Of a DNA stretch of 64,000 nt, positions 1 through 9,749 are shown piece by piece. A model generated the notes under the pieces. It did no database searches. It saw only the letters and a list, made by a program, of their open reading frames with translations, and was not told the origin of the DNA. The number at the start of each line of letters is the position of its first letter. The first letter of the stretch is position 1. A program made the translations under genes and the position numbers. Source of the stretch: a virus; the IMG/VR virus record IMGVR_UViG_3300050821_010639, positions 64,001-128,000 of that record. The stretch is one strand, 5' to 3'.

Positions 1-388
1 GCCCTCATGCGGCCGGCCACGGGCACCTCCTGGTGGTTGAAGTAAGTGGGCTGCCTGCCCGGCAGGCTCCCTCGCGCCGTCCGGAAGACATGTCAGCTTC
101 CAGCCGGCGGTCCAGGGCGGGGGCTCGCACCCCGCTGGGGAAACCTTGCGCCGAGGCACATACGCCGGGGGAGCTAGGCTCGACCGGCTCAGCGCACCCG
201 GGGCGAAGCCCGGGTCCCGCGGCTCTATCAAGGTGGCGGCGGGGGACGTTCACCGGGGCGGGGAGGGGTGGCCCCCCGCTGGTGTCAGGCAGCCGGCCCT
301 GTGCCCGGGAAAAACAACGGAGAATCCGTGTAGATGAATCCCCGGGCAAAGACAAGCTTTTAGTACGTGCGAGCCGATTCGGTTTCAT

Positions 389-679
389 TCAGGGCTCCTC
401 GTCGTCCATGCGCCTGGACCACGAGTCCGGGTGCCCGGCAGGCAGCGCCTCGGCCGACGGCACCAGGACGAAGCCCGAGCGGAGCTTGAGCGCGAGGTCG
501 GCGATCTCGGCCAGCAGGTCCGCTCGGGACTCTGACCTGGGGGTACCCGCCTGTGCAAGCCGCAACTCGATGCCCTCCCTGATGAAGTCGGACACGGTAG
601 CGCCCTCGGCCTCAGCGGCTTTCCGCACCTGGTCGAGCACCTCCGGGTCCAGCCGCAGCAGGAAGTCGCCCTTGCTCAC
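389..679 (-). CDS. Ribbon-helix-helix (Arc/CopG-like) DNA-binding protein
   Basis: FLLRLDPEVLDQVRKAAEAEGATVSDFIREGI fits the RHH pattern; GTG start at 679 chosen within ORF 389..712. Confidence 0.75.
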   Translation of the reverse strand: MSKGDFLLRLDPEVLDQVRKAAEAEGATVSDFIREGIELRLAQAGTPRSESRADLLAEIADLALKLRSGFVLVPSAEALPAGHPDSWSRRMDDEEP

Positions 680-686
680 ACCCAGA

Positions 687-784
687 AGATAGCACCCTCT
701 GATAGCTATCACAAGGTGCTATCAGATAGCTTTTCAGCCCCCTAGGTGATATCAGCTAGCACCACGAGATATCACCTAGGGGGC
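687..784. promoter_or_regulatory. Cluster of GATAGC/GCTATC/GATATC repeats and a 17-bp inverted repeat; likely operators of the RHH protein
   Basis: TGATAGCTATCA 700-711, GCTATCAGATAGC 718-730, perfect IR GCCCCCTAGGTGATATC 737-753 / 768-784, directly upstream of the RHH gene. Confidence 0.55.
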
Positions 785-787
785 CGA

Positions 788-1222
788 TTACCACTCAGCG
801 TCACCAGGAGACCACTCCATGGCGTCACCGTACGGGGCCACGTCGTACGGGCCCGGCCAATCAGTGCCACCGGACGAGGGTGATTCAGAATCAGTATGCG
901 AACTTGTTATGAAACTGGCCGGCGACGGCAGGCTCACCGTGCCGTAGGCCTCGCGGACGTAGCGGCGTGCCGCCTCCTCGATGGTCACCCCGCGGTCCGG
1001 CTGCTGCCGTGCTTCAAGCCCGGAGTCCGTGTACCCGACGTGCCGCCGTCGGCCGCGCGGGTCCACCAGCATGATGTCCGACGGCCGGAACTCGATGGCG
1101 GAGGCGGTGCCCTCGCCGGGCACCCCTGGGCCGGTCCAGTCATGGCAGGCACCGCAGTAGCCCTGGCGCTCGTCCTCAGGGCTGTGCGACGTCCGCTGGC
1201 ACCGCGGGCAGGTAAAGGCCAC
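788..1222 (-). CDS. Hypothetical protein with N-terminal zinc ribbon
   Basis: CPRC...CGAC motif. Confidence 0.55.
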   Translation of the reverse strand: MAFTCPRCQRTSHSPEDERQGYCGACHDWTGPGVPGEGTASAIEFRPSDIMLVDPRGRRRHVGYTDSGLEARQQPDRGVTIEEAARRYVREAYGTVSLPSPASFITSSHTDSESPSSGGTDWPGPYDVAPYGDAMEWSPGDAEW

Positions 1223-1466
1223 AGCCCAAGCCTAAGACAGCCAGACCCCCTCGCGGCGGGCGCGAGGGGGTCCTTACGCGGCCGGGGGCGTTCGCACCTG
1301 GAGGTGTGGCCGGCCACGCGCCTGAGGGACTTGCGGCGGGACGGGCCGGGGGAGCGTCCGCTTTAATGAACGAGCAGGCCCGTCCCGCCGCGGGCGCCAG
1401 CCACTGCGACATGCCCTGCGCCCGCGAGTGCGAGGCTAGCAGCCTGGCCGCGGGCCGCGCAGGACT

Positions 1467-2606
1467 TCAGCCGAGGCCGGAAATGATGAACATCGCGGAC
1501 GGCTGCGCGACCGTCAGCCCGATGCGGTAGTTCTGCACAAGGCCCCGCTCGTACCGCAGCGGCACCCGGAAGGGCGAGGGGGCCTCAAGGAAGCCCGGCA
1601 CCACGCCGGCGGAGTAGAAGTCCGGCTCATCGGCGCGGCAGCGGTCGCACAGCAGGTCTTCCTCCGTCGCCCGGCGCACGCACCGGGCAGCGCCCGTGCC
1701 GCAGCGGCAGCGCAGGGACTCGTGCTCAGCCAGCTGGCCGCCGTAGGCGGCGGCAACTGGCAGGTCGTGGGTGTAGCAGCACACGGGTATATCTTGCCAC
1801 GAGACAAGCGGAACGGGACTCCGACGGGTTTTTTCACGCAGAGTCACGGAAAGCTTTATGCCGGCGGTGAGCGATGGTAAGAATGATCTTGAAAGTTCTA
1901 CGGAGAGTGACTTTTCCCGCTCGCGCAGGACCGCCCCGATGAGGAACCGCCCTACGTACCGGGTGTAGGCCGGCGGCACCGCGAGGCTCAGCTCGTTGCC
2001 GCTCATCCAGTCGATGCCCATCGCCTCCGGGCCGAGGTAGGTTCCCACGTCGCCGGTGATGGACACGTGCCAGCCCTCGTCCCACAGCTTGCGGCGCTGC
2101 TTGGTGGCGGTCCTCGCGCTGTGGTCGCGGTGCGGCAGCTGGGTGACCTCGCCGGGCCCGAAGTGCGCGCTGGCCTCGAACCAGCGCAGCCGGTAGGTGC
2201 GCAGCGGCGGGTCCTGCATGCAGCCGCACAGCCGTACGTCGGCGCGCATCGGGGCGCCGGGCACGTTCTCGATGACGTACGGCTTCCCGGTGGCCTCCAG
2301 GCGGGTGCGCAGGTCACCCAGCAGGTGGCCGGTGCCGTCGAGCCCCGCCACCGACTTCAGCGGCGTGTGGTCGTGGCAGGGCATCGAGCACGCGTAGGCG
2401 TCGTACCCGTCCAGGTCCAGCGTCGTCGCGTCCGCCCGGATGAACCGGGACGGCCAGGGGAACCGGGGCTGGGGCGCGATGTCCACGCCGGTCACCTCCA
2501 CGACGGGCCCGCCGCGTGCCGCCGAGTCCTGCCCGGCCAGGTGGTAGCCCCACGACGTGCCGCCCGCCGAGCAGCCCAGGTCCAGCAGGCGGATTATGTC
2601 TCCCAT
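1467..2606 (-). CDS. Phage-type C5 cytosine DNA methyltransferase with C-terminal extension
   Basis: Motif I-like LLDLGCSAGG, catalytic PC (SMPC), ENV motif, motif X-like AVPPAYTRYVG; MTase domain ends near 1920. Confidence 0.75.
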   Translation of the reverse strand: MGDIIRLLDLGCSAGGTSWGYHLAGQDSAARGGPVVEVTGVDIAPQPRFPWPSRFIRADATTLDLDGYDAYACSMPCHDHTPLKSVAGLDGTGHLLGDLRTRLEATGKPYVIENVPGAPMRADVRLCGCMQDPPLRTYRLRWFEASAHFGPGEVTQLPHRDHSARTATKQRRKLWDEGWHVSITGDVGTYLGPEAMGIDWMSGNELSLAVPPAYTRYVGRFLIGAVLREREKSLSVELSRSFLPSLTAGIKLSVTLREKTRRSPVPLVSWQDIPVCCYTHDLPVAAAYGGQLAEHESLRCRCGTGAARCVRRATEEDLLCDRCRADEPDFYSAGVVPGFLEAPSPFRVPLRYERGLVQNYRIGLTVAQPSAMFIISGLG

Positions 2607-2860
2607 GGCAGGTACTACGGCACGCTGACCGCGGGAAACGCGGTTCCGGGGCTATGTATTTTTCCCCTCGCGGGGCGCGGACGGGACCCGGGGACATTTG
2701 TTTTTCCGGGCGCGGGGCGTTAAGAGACTAAGCCGGCGCGGAGGCGAGCCTCCAACCTTCACCGATGGGACCCGGACGACGGAACCCCGCCGGCGCGCGC
2801 CGCGGCAGCATGTCGAACGGGGAAGGGGGCGCGGCGACCTGGCCGCGCCCCCGCGCGAGG

Positions 2861-3043
2861 CTAAGCGCGCGCCTCGCGCACTACCGCGCGCCGCACGCTT
2901 GCCATGCCCATGCCGTCTGTGTCCACGTACATCAGGTCAGCAGCGGCGTAGATGGCGCTGTGCGGCGCGCCCTTCACTATGACGTCTGCGGCTTGCGCGC
3001 TAGGCGCCTCCACCAGGCTGGTGATCAAGTCGTCTCCGGTCAC
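2861..3043 (-). CDS. Small hypothetical protein
   Basis: GTG start downstream of the palindromic promoter at 3090. Confidence 0.5.
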   Translation of the reverse strand: MTGDDLITSLVEAPSAQAADVIVKGAPHSAIYAAADLMYVDTDGMGMASVRRAVVREARA

Positions 3044-3247
3044 TGTGCTGCCTCTCGCTCGGTTGCCATACCCCCAACCTACCGCATGGCTTGACTCAAG
3101 ACAAGAGATCTGGCGCATTGGCCGTATGAGCGCACTGACCGCACAAGACATCGCCGACGGGCGCTGGCAGGTACCGCGCAGAACGGGCCAGGAAAGCCCT
3201 AGGGCCCGCACAGAGCGTCTGTGCGGGCCCTAGGCATGCGAGAGGAG

Positions 3248-3466
3248 CTAGCGCCCCCTGGTACGGCTCCTGGCCACGTACGCGCGCCCGTCACGCGCCT
3301 CGCGCGAGTTGGCCACAGCGCGCAGCGTGCGCGCCTCACTGGCGGGAATAGACAGCAGCGCGCTGCGGTCGGCGAGGCGCCGTACCTCTGGCGTGGGGAC
3401 GTCGCGCACGTCAGCGATGACGCGGCATGCCCGCGCGAGGCGCGCGCGGAACGTTCGGTCTTTCAT
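3248..3466 (-). CDS. Small basic hypothetical protein
   Basis: Leader CAGGTGAGGCACCATG; follows promoter copies at 3494/3517. Confidence 0.55.
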   Translation of the reverse strand: MKDRTFRARLARACRVIADVRDVPTPEVRRLADRSALLSIPASEARTLRAVANSREARDGRAYVARSRTRGR

Positions 3467-3582
3467 GGTGCCTCACCTGTATGAGTCGGGTTGCTTGACA
3501 CGAGTCTAGCGCATGGCTTGACCGCAGACAAGGCAAAAGCGCCCCCTGGCCGTACGTGGCCAGGGGGCGCTGTGGAGGGTCG

Positions 3583-3918
3583 CTAGCCGGCCAGCGCGGC
3601 GGCTACGGCCTTGCGGAAACGGTACGGAGTGAGCATGCGGTCCGCGTAGGCGCGCGCCGCGTCCTGCAGCGCCGGCGAGGCGCCCAGCAGTGCCCGCGCG
3701 TCGTCCGCCGCCGCGTGGTAGCCGTCGGAGTGCCCCGTGCGCTCAAGCTCGTCAGCCACGTGGGCTACCTCGATGGCGCGCGGCGGAAGCTTCTCCTGAG
3801 CGCACCATTCGTCGGCGTACAAGCCGAAGTCCCGGTCATGGGTGAGGCACACGCGGATAGCCGCGTCCCCCTCGACTTGCTCGTAAACGCATGACTGCTG
3901 TGCTGTGTCGGTTGCCAT
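3583..3918 (-). CDS. Hypothetical protein, probably leaderless
   Basis: ATG about 7 nt after the -10 (TACATT) of the 3939 promoter; terminator hairpin at about 3538-3571. Confidence 0.6.
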   Translation of the reverse strand: MATDTAQQSCVYEQVEGDAAIRVCLTHDRDFGLYADEWCAQEKLPPRAIEVAHVADELERTGHSDGYHAAADDARALLGASPALQDAARAYADRMLTPYRFRKAVAAALAG

Positions 3919-4004
3919 GCCCCCAATGTAGTGCACGGCTTGACTGGAGTCAAGACGCCGGCGCACCCCGGGAAGGCATCTCCCGGGGTGCGCTGGTGAG
4001 GGGC

Positions 4005-4421
4005 TTAGAACACGGCCAGCGCGTTCAGCACAGCCTCGTCAAGGCCGCGCTGGGTAGGCGCCCCGGTAGCGGCGGCGCGCACGGAGGGGAAACGGGCCAG
4101 CATCGCGCACGCCATCTCGCGGGCGCCGCCGTACTCGCCCGCGTCCCCGCCTACCCGGCTGATGGCCGTGCGCACGGCTGTTACGACGTCAGCCGCGCCA
4201 CTGGCGGGCTCGTCACCCGGCACCGCGTAAACGGCCAGGTCGATGTCCCGTTCGGCGATCGAGCCCAGAGGGTTGACCACGCCGCGCGCGATTTCGGTCG
4301 CGTGCCGCGGGCCCGTGATGCCCTGCACCGCACTGTCTAGGTAGAACGTCGGGACGGACACGCTCCCGTGCCAGTCTCCGTTGTGCGTGAGGATTTGCCC
4401 GGTTACCGCGTACATCGTCAT
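4005..4421 (-). CDS. Hypothetical protein
   Basis: GGGGCAGGCACC-ATG leader, promoter 4473, terminator hairpin at about 3963-3991. Confidence 0.65.
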   Translation of the reverse strand: MTMYAVTGQILTHNGDWHGSVSVPTFYLDSAVQGITGPRHATEIARGVVNPLGSIAERDIDLAVYAVPGDEPASGAADVVTAVRTAISRVGGDAGEYGGAREMACAMLARFPSVRAAATGAPTQRGLDEAVLNALAVF

Positions 4422-4499
4422 GGTGCCTGCCCCTGCTAGTCGGTTGCGCTTGCTCACGAGGATAGGTGAGAGCTTGACACGAGTCAAGCCATGCACGTG

Positions 4500-4593
4500 A
4501 GGCGCTGTAAGGCCCGTAGCGGCACGCTGGCGAGTTGGGTAGTCAGGGGCACGCGGCGAGGCGCTTAGGGGGCGCTACGGGCCTTACAGCGCC
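4500..4593. repeat. Long inverted repeat (22-bp arms)
   Basis: AGGCGCTGTAAGGCCCGTAGCG ... CGCTACGGGCCTTACAGCGCCT. Confidence 0.7.
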
Positions 4594-4744
4594 TCGCGCG
4601 GGCACTTGCGCCGGCTCTCCCAGTACGGAACTTGTCGGCACCCGGTATTACCCGCTTCCCGCATCACGCCTACGTGCGCGGACAGCGCAGCGCCCCCGGT
4701 AGGGCTTTGACCCCCGGGGGCGCTGTGGCAGCAGGCGCTAGCGC

Positions 4745-5002
4745 TTACGCGCGCCCCGCCCGTGGCCGGCCGTACCTCTCCGCCCACGCCTTTGCGCTGG
4801 CCAGCGTGCGGTAGTAAGGCGAGTGCTGGTCATACGGGTATCCGGCCACGGTCGCGCGCCACGTGTTCCCGTCTCCCGGGAAGTTGGTCACGGTGGCGCT
4901 GTGGTACTCACTCGCGCCGCGCCATTCCGTGTAGCGCTTCCCCTCAAAGTCGAAGGGCTTGCGCGCCCATGTCATTGCGTACGGGTCGGCTGCCTCGCTC
5001 AC
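4745..5002 (-). CDS. Hypothetical protein
   Basis: Globular-looking ORF directly downstream of 5005..5265. Confidence 0.6.
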   Translation of the reverse strand: MSEAADPYAMTWARKPFDFEGKRYTEWRGASEYHSATVTNFPGDGNTWRATVAGYPYDQHSPYYRTLASAKAWAERYGRPRAGRA

Positions 5003-5004
5003 GG

Positions 5005-5265
5005 CTAGCGCCCGTTCCTGGCCAGCGCGGCACGGTGCTGGACTGCCGCGCGCAAGCGGCTACGCGGTGAGCGGGTGCGGTGCGCGATGATGGTTCGCAC
5101 CATGCGCAGCTGGGTTAGCGCCTCGCCGGTAACCGGCCCGGGGACCTGCGCGCGGTAAGCCGGCTCGCACGCGCGCAGCTCTGCCGTTGTCATGGCGGAT
5201 GCCGCGCGGTAAGCCTCGCGCCTCGCGTGCGCTATGGCCCGGTCAATTAGCGGTGCCCTGGTCAT
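5005..5265 (-). CDS. Hypothetical protein
   Basis: Leader box at 5270, promoter at 5333. Confidence 0.6.
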   Translation of the reverse strand: MTRAPLIDRAIAHARREAYRAASAMTTAELRACEPAYRAQVPGPVTGEALTQLRMVRTIIAHRTRSPRSRLRAAVQHRAALARNGR

Positions 5266-5431
5266 GATGTGCCTGCCCTTGCTCTGGCCGCGCCGTGGCG
5301 GCGCGCGCTCTGCTTACGAGGATAGGTGAGCGCTTGTCTTGAGTCAAGACGGGATCTTAGGCGGGCACGACAAATCCCCGCCGTTCATCTTCCATCGATG
5401 AACGGCGGGGACTGTCACACCTGAGGCCAGG

Positions 5432-5779
5432 CTACCCGTGTACGGGGCAGCTCGTGCCCGCGCACGCCTCACGTGAGCACGCGCCGGGCATCTCCGCGCG
5501 GTACGCGGCGAGGCCGGCCGGCATGGTTTCCGGGTAGTGCTGCCAGCGCCAACGGCACTCCCCGCACGCGCCGCACGCGCCGCACGCGCCGCGCCACAAG
5601 TCGCAGTAAGTGAAGTTCCGGCAGAACGCGCACCAGCCGTAAGCCGGCGCGCGGTCGGGCTGGCCGGCGCCCCCGCTTGACTGGTACGCCTCGTTGTCCG
5701 CGTGACCGTGGTCAACGGCGTAGTCCCCGTAGGTGTCCGCCGGCGCGCTGCTGTCAAAGCCTGCACTGAAACTCGGCAT
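5432..5779 (-). CDS. Cys-rich hypothetical protein
   Basis: CAFC, CGACGACGEC motifs; leader box 5784, promoter 5831. Confidence 0.6.
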   Translation of the reverse strand: MPSFSAGFDSSAPADTYGDYAVDHGHADNEAYQSSGGAGQPDRAPAYGWCAFCRNFTYCDLWRGACGACGACGECRWRWQHYPETMPAGLAAYRAEMPGACSREACAGTSCPVHG

Positions 5780-5841
5780 GATGTGCCTGCCCTAGGTCGG
5801 TGGGTGTCTGCTTGCCACGATAGGTGAGAGCTTGACTTGAG

Positions 5842-6138
5842 TCAAGCGTTAGCGCTGCACTCACAGCCTGCGCTAGGCAGGGGCGGGATGGGGCCGACAT
5901 CACCGGGCCGGCGTATGGCGAACATCTCGACCATGGGCGAGGCGCTGTAGGGCACGTAGCGGAACACGCGCGCGAACGTGCCGGCCGGCTCGCACGTGGT
6001 CGAGATGTCACGCGCCGCGCGCTCTAGCCGGTCCGTGAGCGTGCCGTAACCCTCCCGCCCGCTAACCCACTGGCCCCATTTCCACTGGCCGTTTGGGCGG
6101 TAGACCTCTACCCGGTAGTTGCGCCCCATGTCGTTCAT
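5842..6138 (-). CDS. Hypothetical protein
   Basis: Both leader boxes and promoter 6188. Confidence 0.65.
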   Translation of the reverse strand: MNDMGRNYRVEVYRPNGQWKWGQWVSGREGYGTLTDRLERAARDISTTCEPAGTFARVFRYVPYSASPMVEMFAIRRPGDVGPIPPLPSAGCECSANA

Positions 6139-6256
6139 GACTGCCTGCCCTTGCTAGTCGGTTGCCTGCCACTACGATAGGTGAGAGCTTGACTTGAGTC
6201 AAGACACAAGCTAGCCCCGGTAGGCGACCCCTACCGGGGCTAGCTGTCGACCCGGC

Positions 6257-6478
6257 CTAGCGCCTCGCGCGGGACCTGGCCGCGCCTCGCCGCGTGCGGT
6301 CAGCGCTGCTGTCGCGCGAGGCGCGCGCCACCTTGAAGCCTCGCGAGGCGCTGTAGGTGACCCGTACGCCCATCCTGACTACAGCGCCCGCGGTCCGCGC
6401 GTCAGCGAGGATTGACCGCGCTGTGTCGGGCGAGTAGCGGTAGCTGGCCAGCGTCGCGATTGCGTCGATGTCTTGCAT
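6257..6478 (-). CDS. Hypothetical protein
   Basis: Leader box 6483; terminator hairpin at about 6209-6245. Confidence 0.55.
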   Translation of the reverse strand: MQDIDAIATLASYRYSPDTARSILADARTAGAVVRMGVRVTYSASRGFKVARASRDSSADRTRRGAARSRARR

Positions 6479-6515
6479 GACGTGCCTGCCCTAGTTCGGT
6501 GCGGATGGGTGGGGG

Positions 6516-6785
6516 TTAGCGGGTGCGGTTCGCGCGGCGCGAGGCCTGCGAGGCGCGGCGGCCGGCCTTGCGGGCGCACTGCTGCTGACGCGTGCGGGGG
6601 GCACGCTCCGGGCGCCACATGGTGTTGTCCGCGCGCGTCATGGCGGCCGGAGCGTAGCGCCCGTAGGCCGCGCGCAGCGCCTGCCAGGTAACGCCGTAGC
6701 GCGCGGCGCTCTCCGCCCACGTACGGCCCGCCTCGCGGTCGCTGGTGATGGCCGCGTGCATGTCCGGGGTGACTTCGATGCTCAC
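6516..6785 (-). CDS. Small helix-turn-helix protein
   Basis: RTWAESAARYGVTWQALRAAY is HTH-like; GTG start after leader box 6790. Confidence 0.5.
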   Translation of the reverse strand: MSIEVTPDMHAAITSDREAGRTWAESAARYGVTWQALRAAYGRYAPAAMTRADNTMWRPERAPRTRQQQCARKAGRRASQASRRANRTR

Positions 6786-6934
6786 TGGTTGCCTGCCCTT
6801 GCTAGTCGGTTGGCGTCTTGCCCTGCCCACCAGTATGCATGAACGCTTGACTTGAGTCAAGAGGATTCGGGAGACGGGAACACGACAGCGCCCCCGGGAA
6901 GCACCTTCCCGGGGGCGCTGCCAGCGCGGGGCGC

Positions 6935-8002
6935 CTAGGCGAGAGCGGCGGTAAGCCTCTCGCCCATGACCGACGCGAGAGCGTCAAGCGCCTGCGCGTC
7001 TTCCTTGGCCGTGACTCCGGTCACCATGTTGAGGTAGGTGCGCTCCATCCGGCCGCCGTCGGCACCTGAGACGTTGCGCTTCCACGTGTTGTGGGTGTTG
7101 CTCAGCTGAATGACGCCGAACGCGGTACCCGCCCACGGGCGCACCTTGGCATCGTGCCGCCACATCGCCTCGTACGTCTCGCGCAGCTTGACCGCGTTCG
7201 TGTACCTGGCCCCGCCAGTGCTCGACTTGGGGTCAGCGGCGGGAACCGGGGCCACCAGGGCCAGCCACGCGGCGAAGTCCGCCTCAGTGACGTCCACCGA
7301 CTGGAGAGCGGCGGCGGCCTGCGCGAACTCGTCTCCGGCCTGGTAGACCAGTCCCAGCGCGTCGCGCACCTCGGTCAGCTTGCCGATGCTGTTACGCGAG
7401 TGCTTGACCTTGAACTTGGTGCGCGCGGAGGAAAGCGCCGCAGCGAGCGTGTTATCACATACCGCTGCGGTCACCCCCGTGGCGTAGGTGCTGGAGAGCG
7501 TCCCGTCTACCGACGTCGCGGCCAGGATGTAGGGGGTGAACTCGAAACCGCCCACCTCAAGACCCGATCCGGTCAGCTGCGCTTGCATGAACGCGACGCC
7601 GCGGTTGCGCAGCAACCCGACGGACTTGGTGCCCAGTTCGCCGCGCGAGGTGTCGAGAATGGCGGCGATCTGGTCGGCCGTCCACTCCTTGTACCCGTGC
7701 ACCTGGTAACCCTGCTTGAAGACGCCGAGCACCGCGCCGTTGTCCGGGGTGACGATGACCTTGCGGGAAGGGTCCTTGATGACCTGGCGGTTACCGTCCG
7801 CGTCGGTGTACTGCGCGAACATCTCGGCTTCCGCGAACTCGACCGACAGCAGCCGCTCAACCTCCTCGGTCGGAACGGGCCCGTCGAAGTGCGAACCGTC
7901 GGTCATGTACTCGCCGCTTGCCGCCCACCAGGCCGGCCCGTCCGACCCCACGTAACCTACGCGGATGTTGGAGCGGAGCCATTCCATCGTTTCCTTGCTC
8001 AT
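6935..8002 (-). CDS. DUF932-family phage/plasmid protein
   Basis: PYILAATSVDGTLSS...VCDNTLAAAL...KVKHSRNS signature and WAGTAFGVIQ C-terminus; terminator at about 6886-6920. Confidence 0.75.
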   Translation of the reverse strand: MSKETMEWLRSNIRVGYVGSDGPAWWAASGEYMTDGSHFDGPVPTEEVERLLSVEFAEAEMFAQYTDADGNRQVIKDPSRKVIVTPDNGAVLGVFKQGYQVHGYKEWTADQIAAILDTSRGELGTKSVGLLRNRGVAFMQAQLTGSGLEVGGFEFTPYILAATSVDGTLSSTYATGVTAAVCDNTLAAALSSARTKFKVKHSRNSIGKLTEVRDALGLVYQAGDEFAQAAAALQSVDVTEADFAAWLALVAPVPAADPKSSTGGARYTNAVKLRETYEAMWRHDAKVRPWAGTAFGVIQLSNTHNTWKRNVSGADGGRMERTYLNMVTGVTAKEDAQALDALASVMGERLTAALA

Positions 8003-8110
8003 TGCGTGCCTGCCCTTTCACTGCCGGGGGCGTGTCCCCCTTGCTTGACTTCAGTTAACCAGACGTCGCCTGTACGTGTCAAGTCCCTCCCGACACGTAC
8101 CGCTCAGCTT

Positions 8111-9319
8111 CTACGCGGGCACCCGGACCTTGGCCGCGGGCACGATGGCATAGCCGCGCGTGGCCCCGTCCGAGCGCTTGAGCGCCGCTACCTCGTTCGG
8201 CATGCCCTTGGCGCGCTCCCAGTTAAGGACCGTGCCAGCGTCCCGCACAGCGGCGCTGCGCGCCTCGCTGCGCCTGGCGTAGGCCGCGCCCACCCATGTG
8301 CGCGTGTCCCTGGCCTCGCCCGGCTCACGCGTTACGCGCATCACGCGGAACGGGCCCCCCGCGCTGTCCTCCGCCTGCGCGGTCACGAGGCGCGCGCGCA
8401 CCGACCCGGCGGCCGGCCCGCCCGGCGCAGTCGCCTGCTGCGCGGCGCTCACCCGCTCGGCGCGCGCGTTCTCGGCGTTCACGAACACCGCGTGAGCCGA
8501 CGCGCCGGCCCCGGTAATGGTGTACTGCTGCGGTTCACCCTTGGCTATGTTGCCCTTGACCATCTTGATGACGCGCAACTCGGGGTCATCCTTGGTGCGC
8601 TCCACCATGAACGCGAGGCGCAGCGCGTCGACAACCGCCGGCGATCCGGAGACCTTCCCGTCCTTGGTCAGGTGGTGGATGACACCCAGCGCCACGTCCG
8701 CTTGCCGCGCGAACTGCTTAAGCGACCGCATCACCATGCGCGCGGACCGCACCGAGGTGATGTGGTCGTTTTCGCCTAGCAGGTCGGCCAGCGGGTCGAT
8801 GACCACCAGGGCGACCGCGGGCCCGCCAACTCGGTTGAGCTTGCCCACCTCCGTCAGCAGGCGCCCCATGTCCCCGGGCACCTCGAAGGGGGAACCGTCT
8901 TTCCACTCGGACAGGTCGTGCACCAAGCGGATAGCGCCGCTCTCTTCCGACAGCGAGGGGTCGAGGCCGAATTCCGCGACCGCGACCGCTATAGCCGCGC
9001 GCAGGCGCGGTGCCAGGTCCTCGAACGGGTCGTCTTCGGTGCCGGCGATGTAGACCACGCGCCCGGGGTCGCGCCGTACGGCCTGGTCCTCGTTGGGAAA
9101 CGGCAAGCCGAGCGCGACCCGCGCGATGACCGCACAGAACAGCATGCCCTTGCCTGCCCCGCCAACAGCCGCGAACAGCGCGGGGTTGCCAATGGGGATG
9201 TAGTCCGGCCACAGCCAGCGGCGCGGTATGTACGGGATATTGGAGTAGTCGACCGCAGCCAGGTCGTCAGCGTCGACCGGCCCGACGTCGCCCGCGGGCG
9301 CGTCGAAGATAAACGACAT
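8111..9319 (-). CDS. AAA_25 / RecA-fold (RepA-like) ATPase/helicase
   Basis: RWLWPDYIP, Walker A AVGGAGKG, Walker B LVVIDP, HHLTK motif. Confidence 0.8.
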   Translation of the reverse strand: MSFIFDAPAGDVGPVDADDLAAVDYSNIPYIPRRWLWPDYIPIGNPALFAAVGGAGKGMLFCAVIARVALGLPFPNEDQAVRRDPGRVVYIAGTEDDPFEDLAPRLRAAIAVAVAEFGLDPSLSEESGAIRLVHDLSEWKDGSPFEVPGDMGRLLTEVGKLNRVGGPAVALVVIDPLADLLGENDHITSVRSARMVMRSLKQFARQADVALGVIHHLTKDGKVSGSPAVVDALRLAFMVERTKDDPELRVIKMVKGNIAKGEPQQYTITGAGASAHAVFVNAENARAERVSAAQQATAPGGPAAGSVRARLVTAQAEDSAGGPFRVMRVTREPGEARDTRTWVGAAYARRSEARSAAVRDAGTVLNWERAKGMPNEVAALKRSDGATRGYAIVPAAKVRVPA

Positions 9320-9411
9320 GTGTGCCTCACCTGTATGAGCTGGGATGATGGTGCGAGGCTACACCCATGGCTTGACTTGAGTCAAGTGGATGCAGCCTCG
9401 CTGAAATGCTG

Positions 9412-9657
9412 TTACCTTGCCCGTGCCCTGGCCTCGCGCGCGGTCACCAGGCGAGTGCCCCGCCGCGTGCGGACCTCGTAGGTAGCGCTCTGCCAGTTGT
9501 ACGTCCCGTAGTAGCGCTTCGTCAGGAACGAGGGGAACACCTCGCGGTACCCAGCGCCGGCCGGCATCAGCTGACTTGCCCCAGCGAGGATTCGCTCCCC
9601 GTAGGCGTCCGCTATTTCCTGGGCTGTCATCCGGCCGCTGCCGTCGTAAGTCGTCAT
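9412..9657 (-). CDS. Hypothetical protein
   Basis: Lies between near-duplicate promoter units at 9371 and 9715. Confidence 0.55.
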   Translation of the reverse strand: MTTYDGSGRMTAQEIADAYGERILAGASQLMPAGAGYREVFPSFLTKRYYGTYNWQSATYEVRTRRGTRLVTAREARARAR

Positions 9658-9749
9658 CTGCGAGCCTGCCTCACCTGTACTCGTGGGGTTGATACCGCTA
9701 GGCTACATCCATGGCTTGACTTGAGTCAAGTGGATGTAGCCTAGCGAGG

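Noticed and set aside
9151-9160. Extra TGCCTGCCC leader box
   Set aside because: It lies inside the Walker A codons (GAGK) of the ATPase; coincidental.
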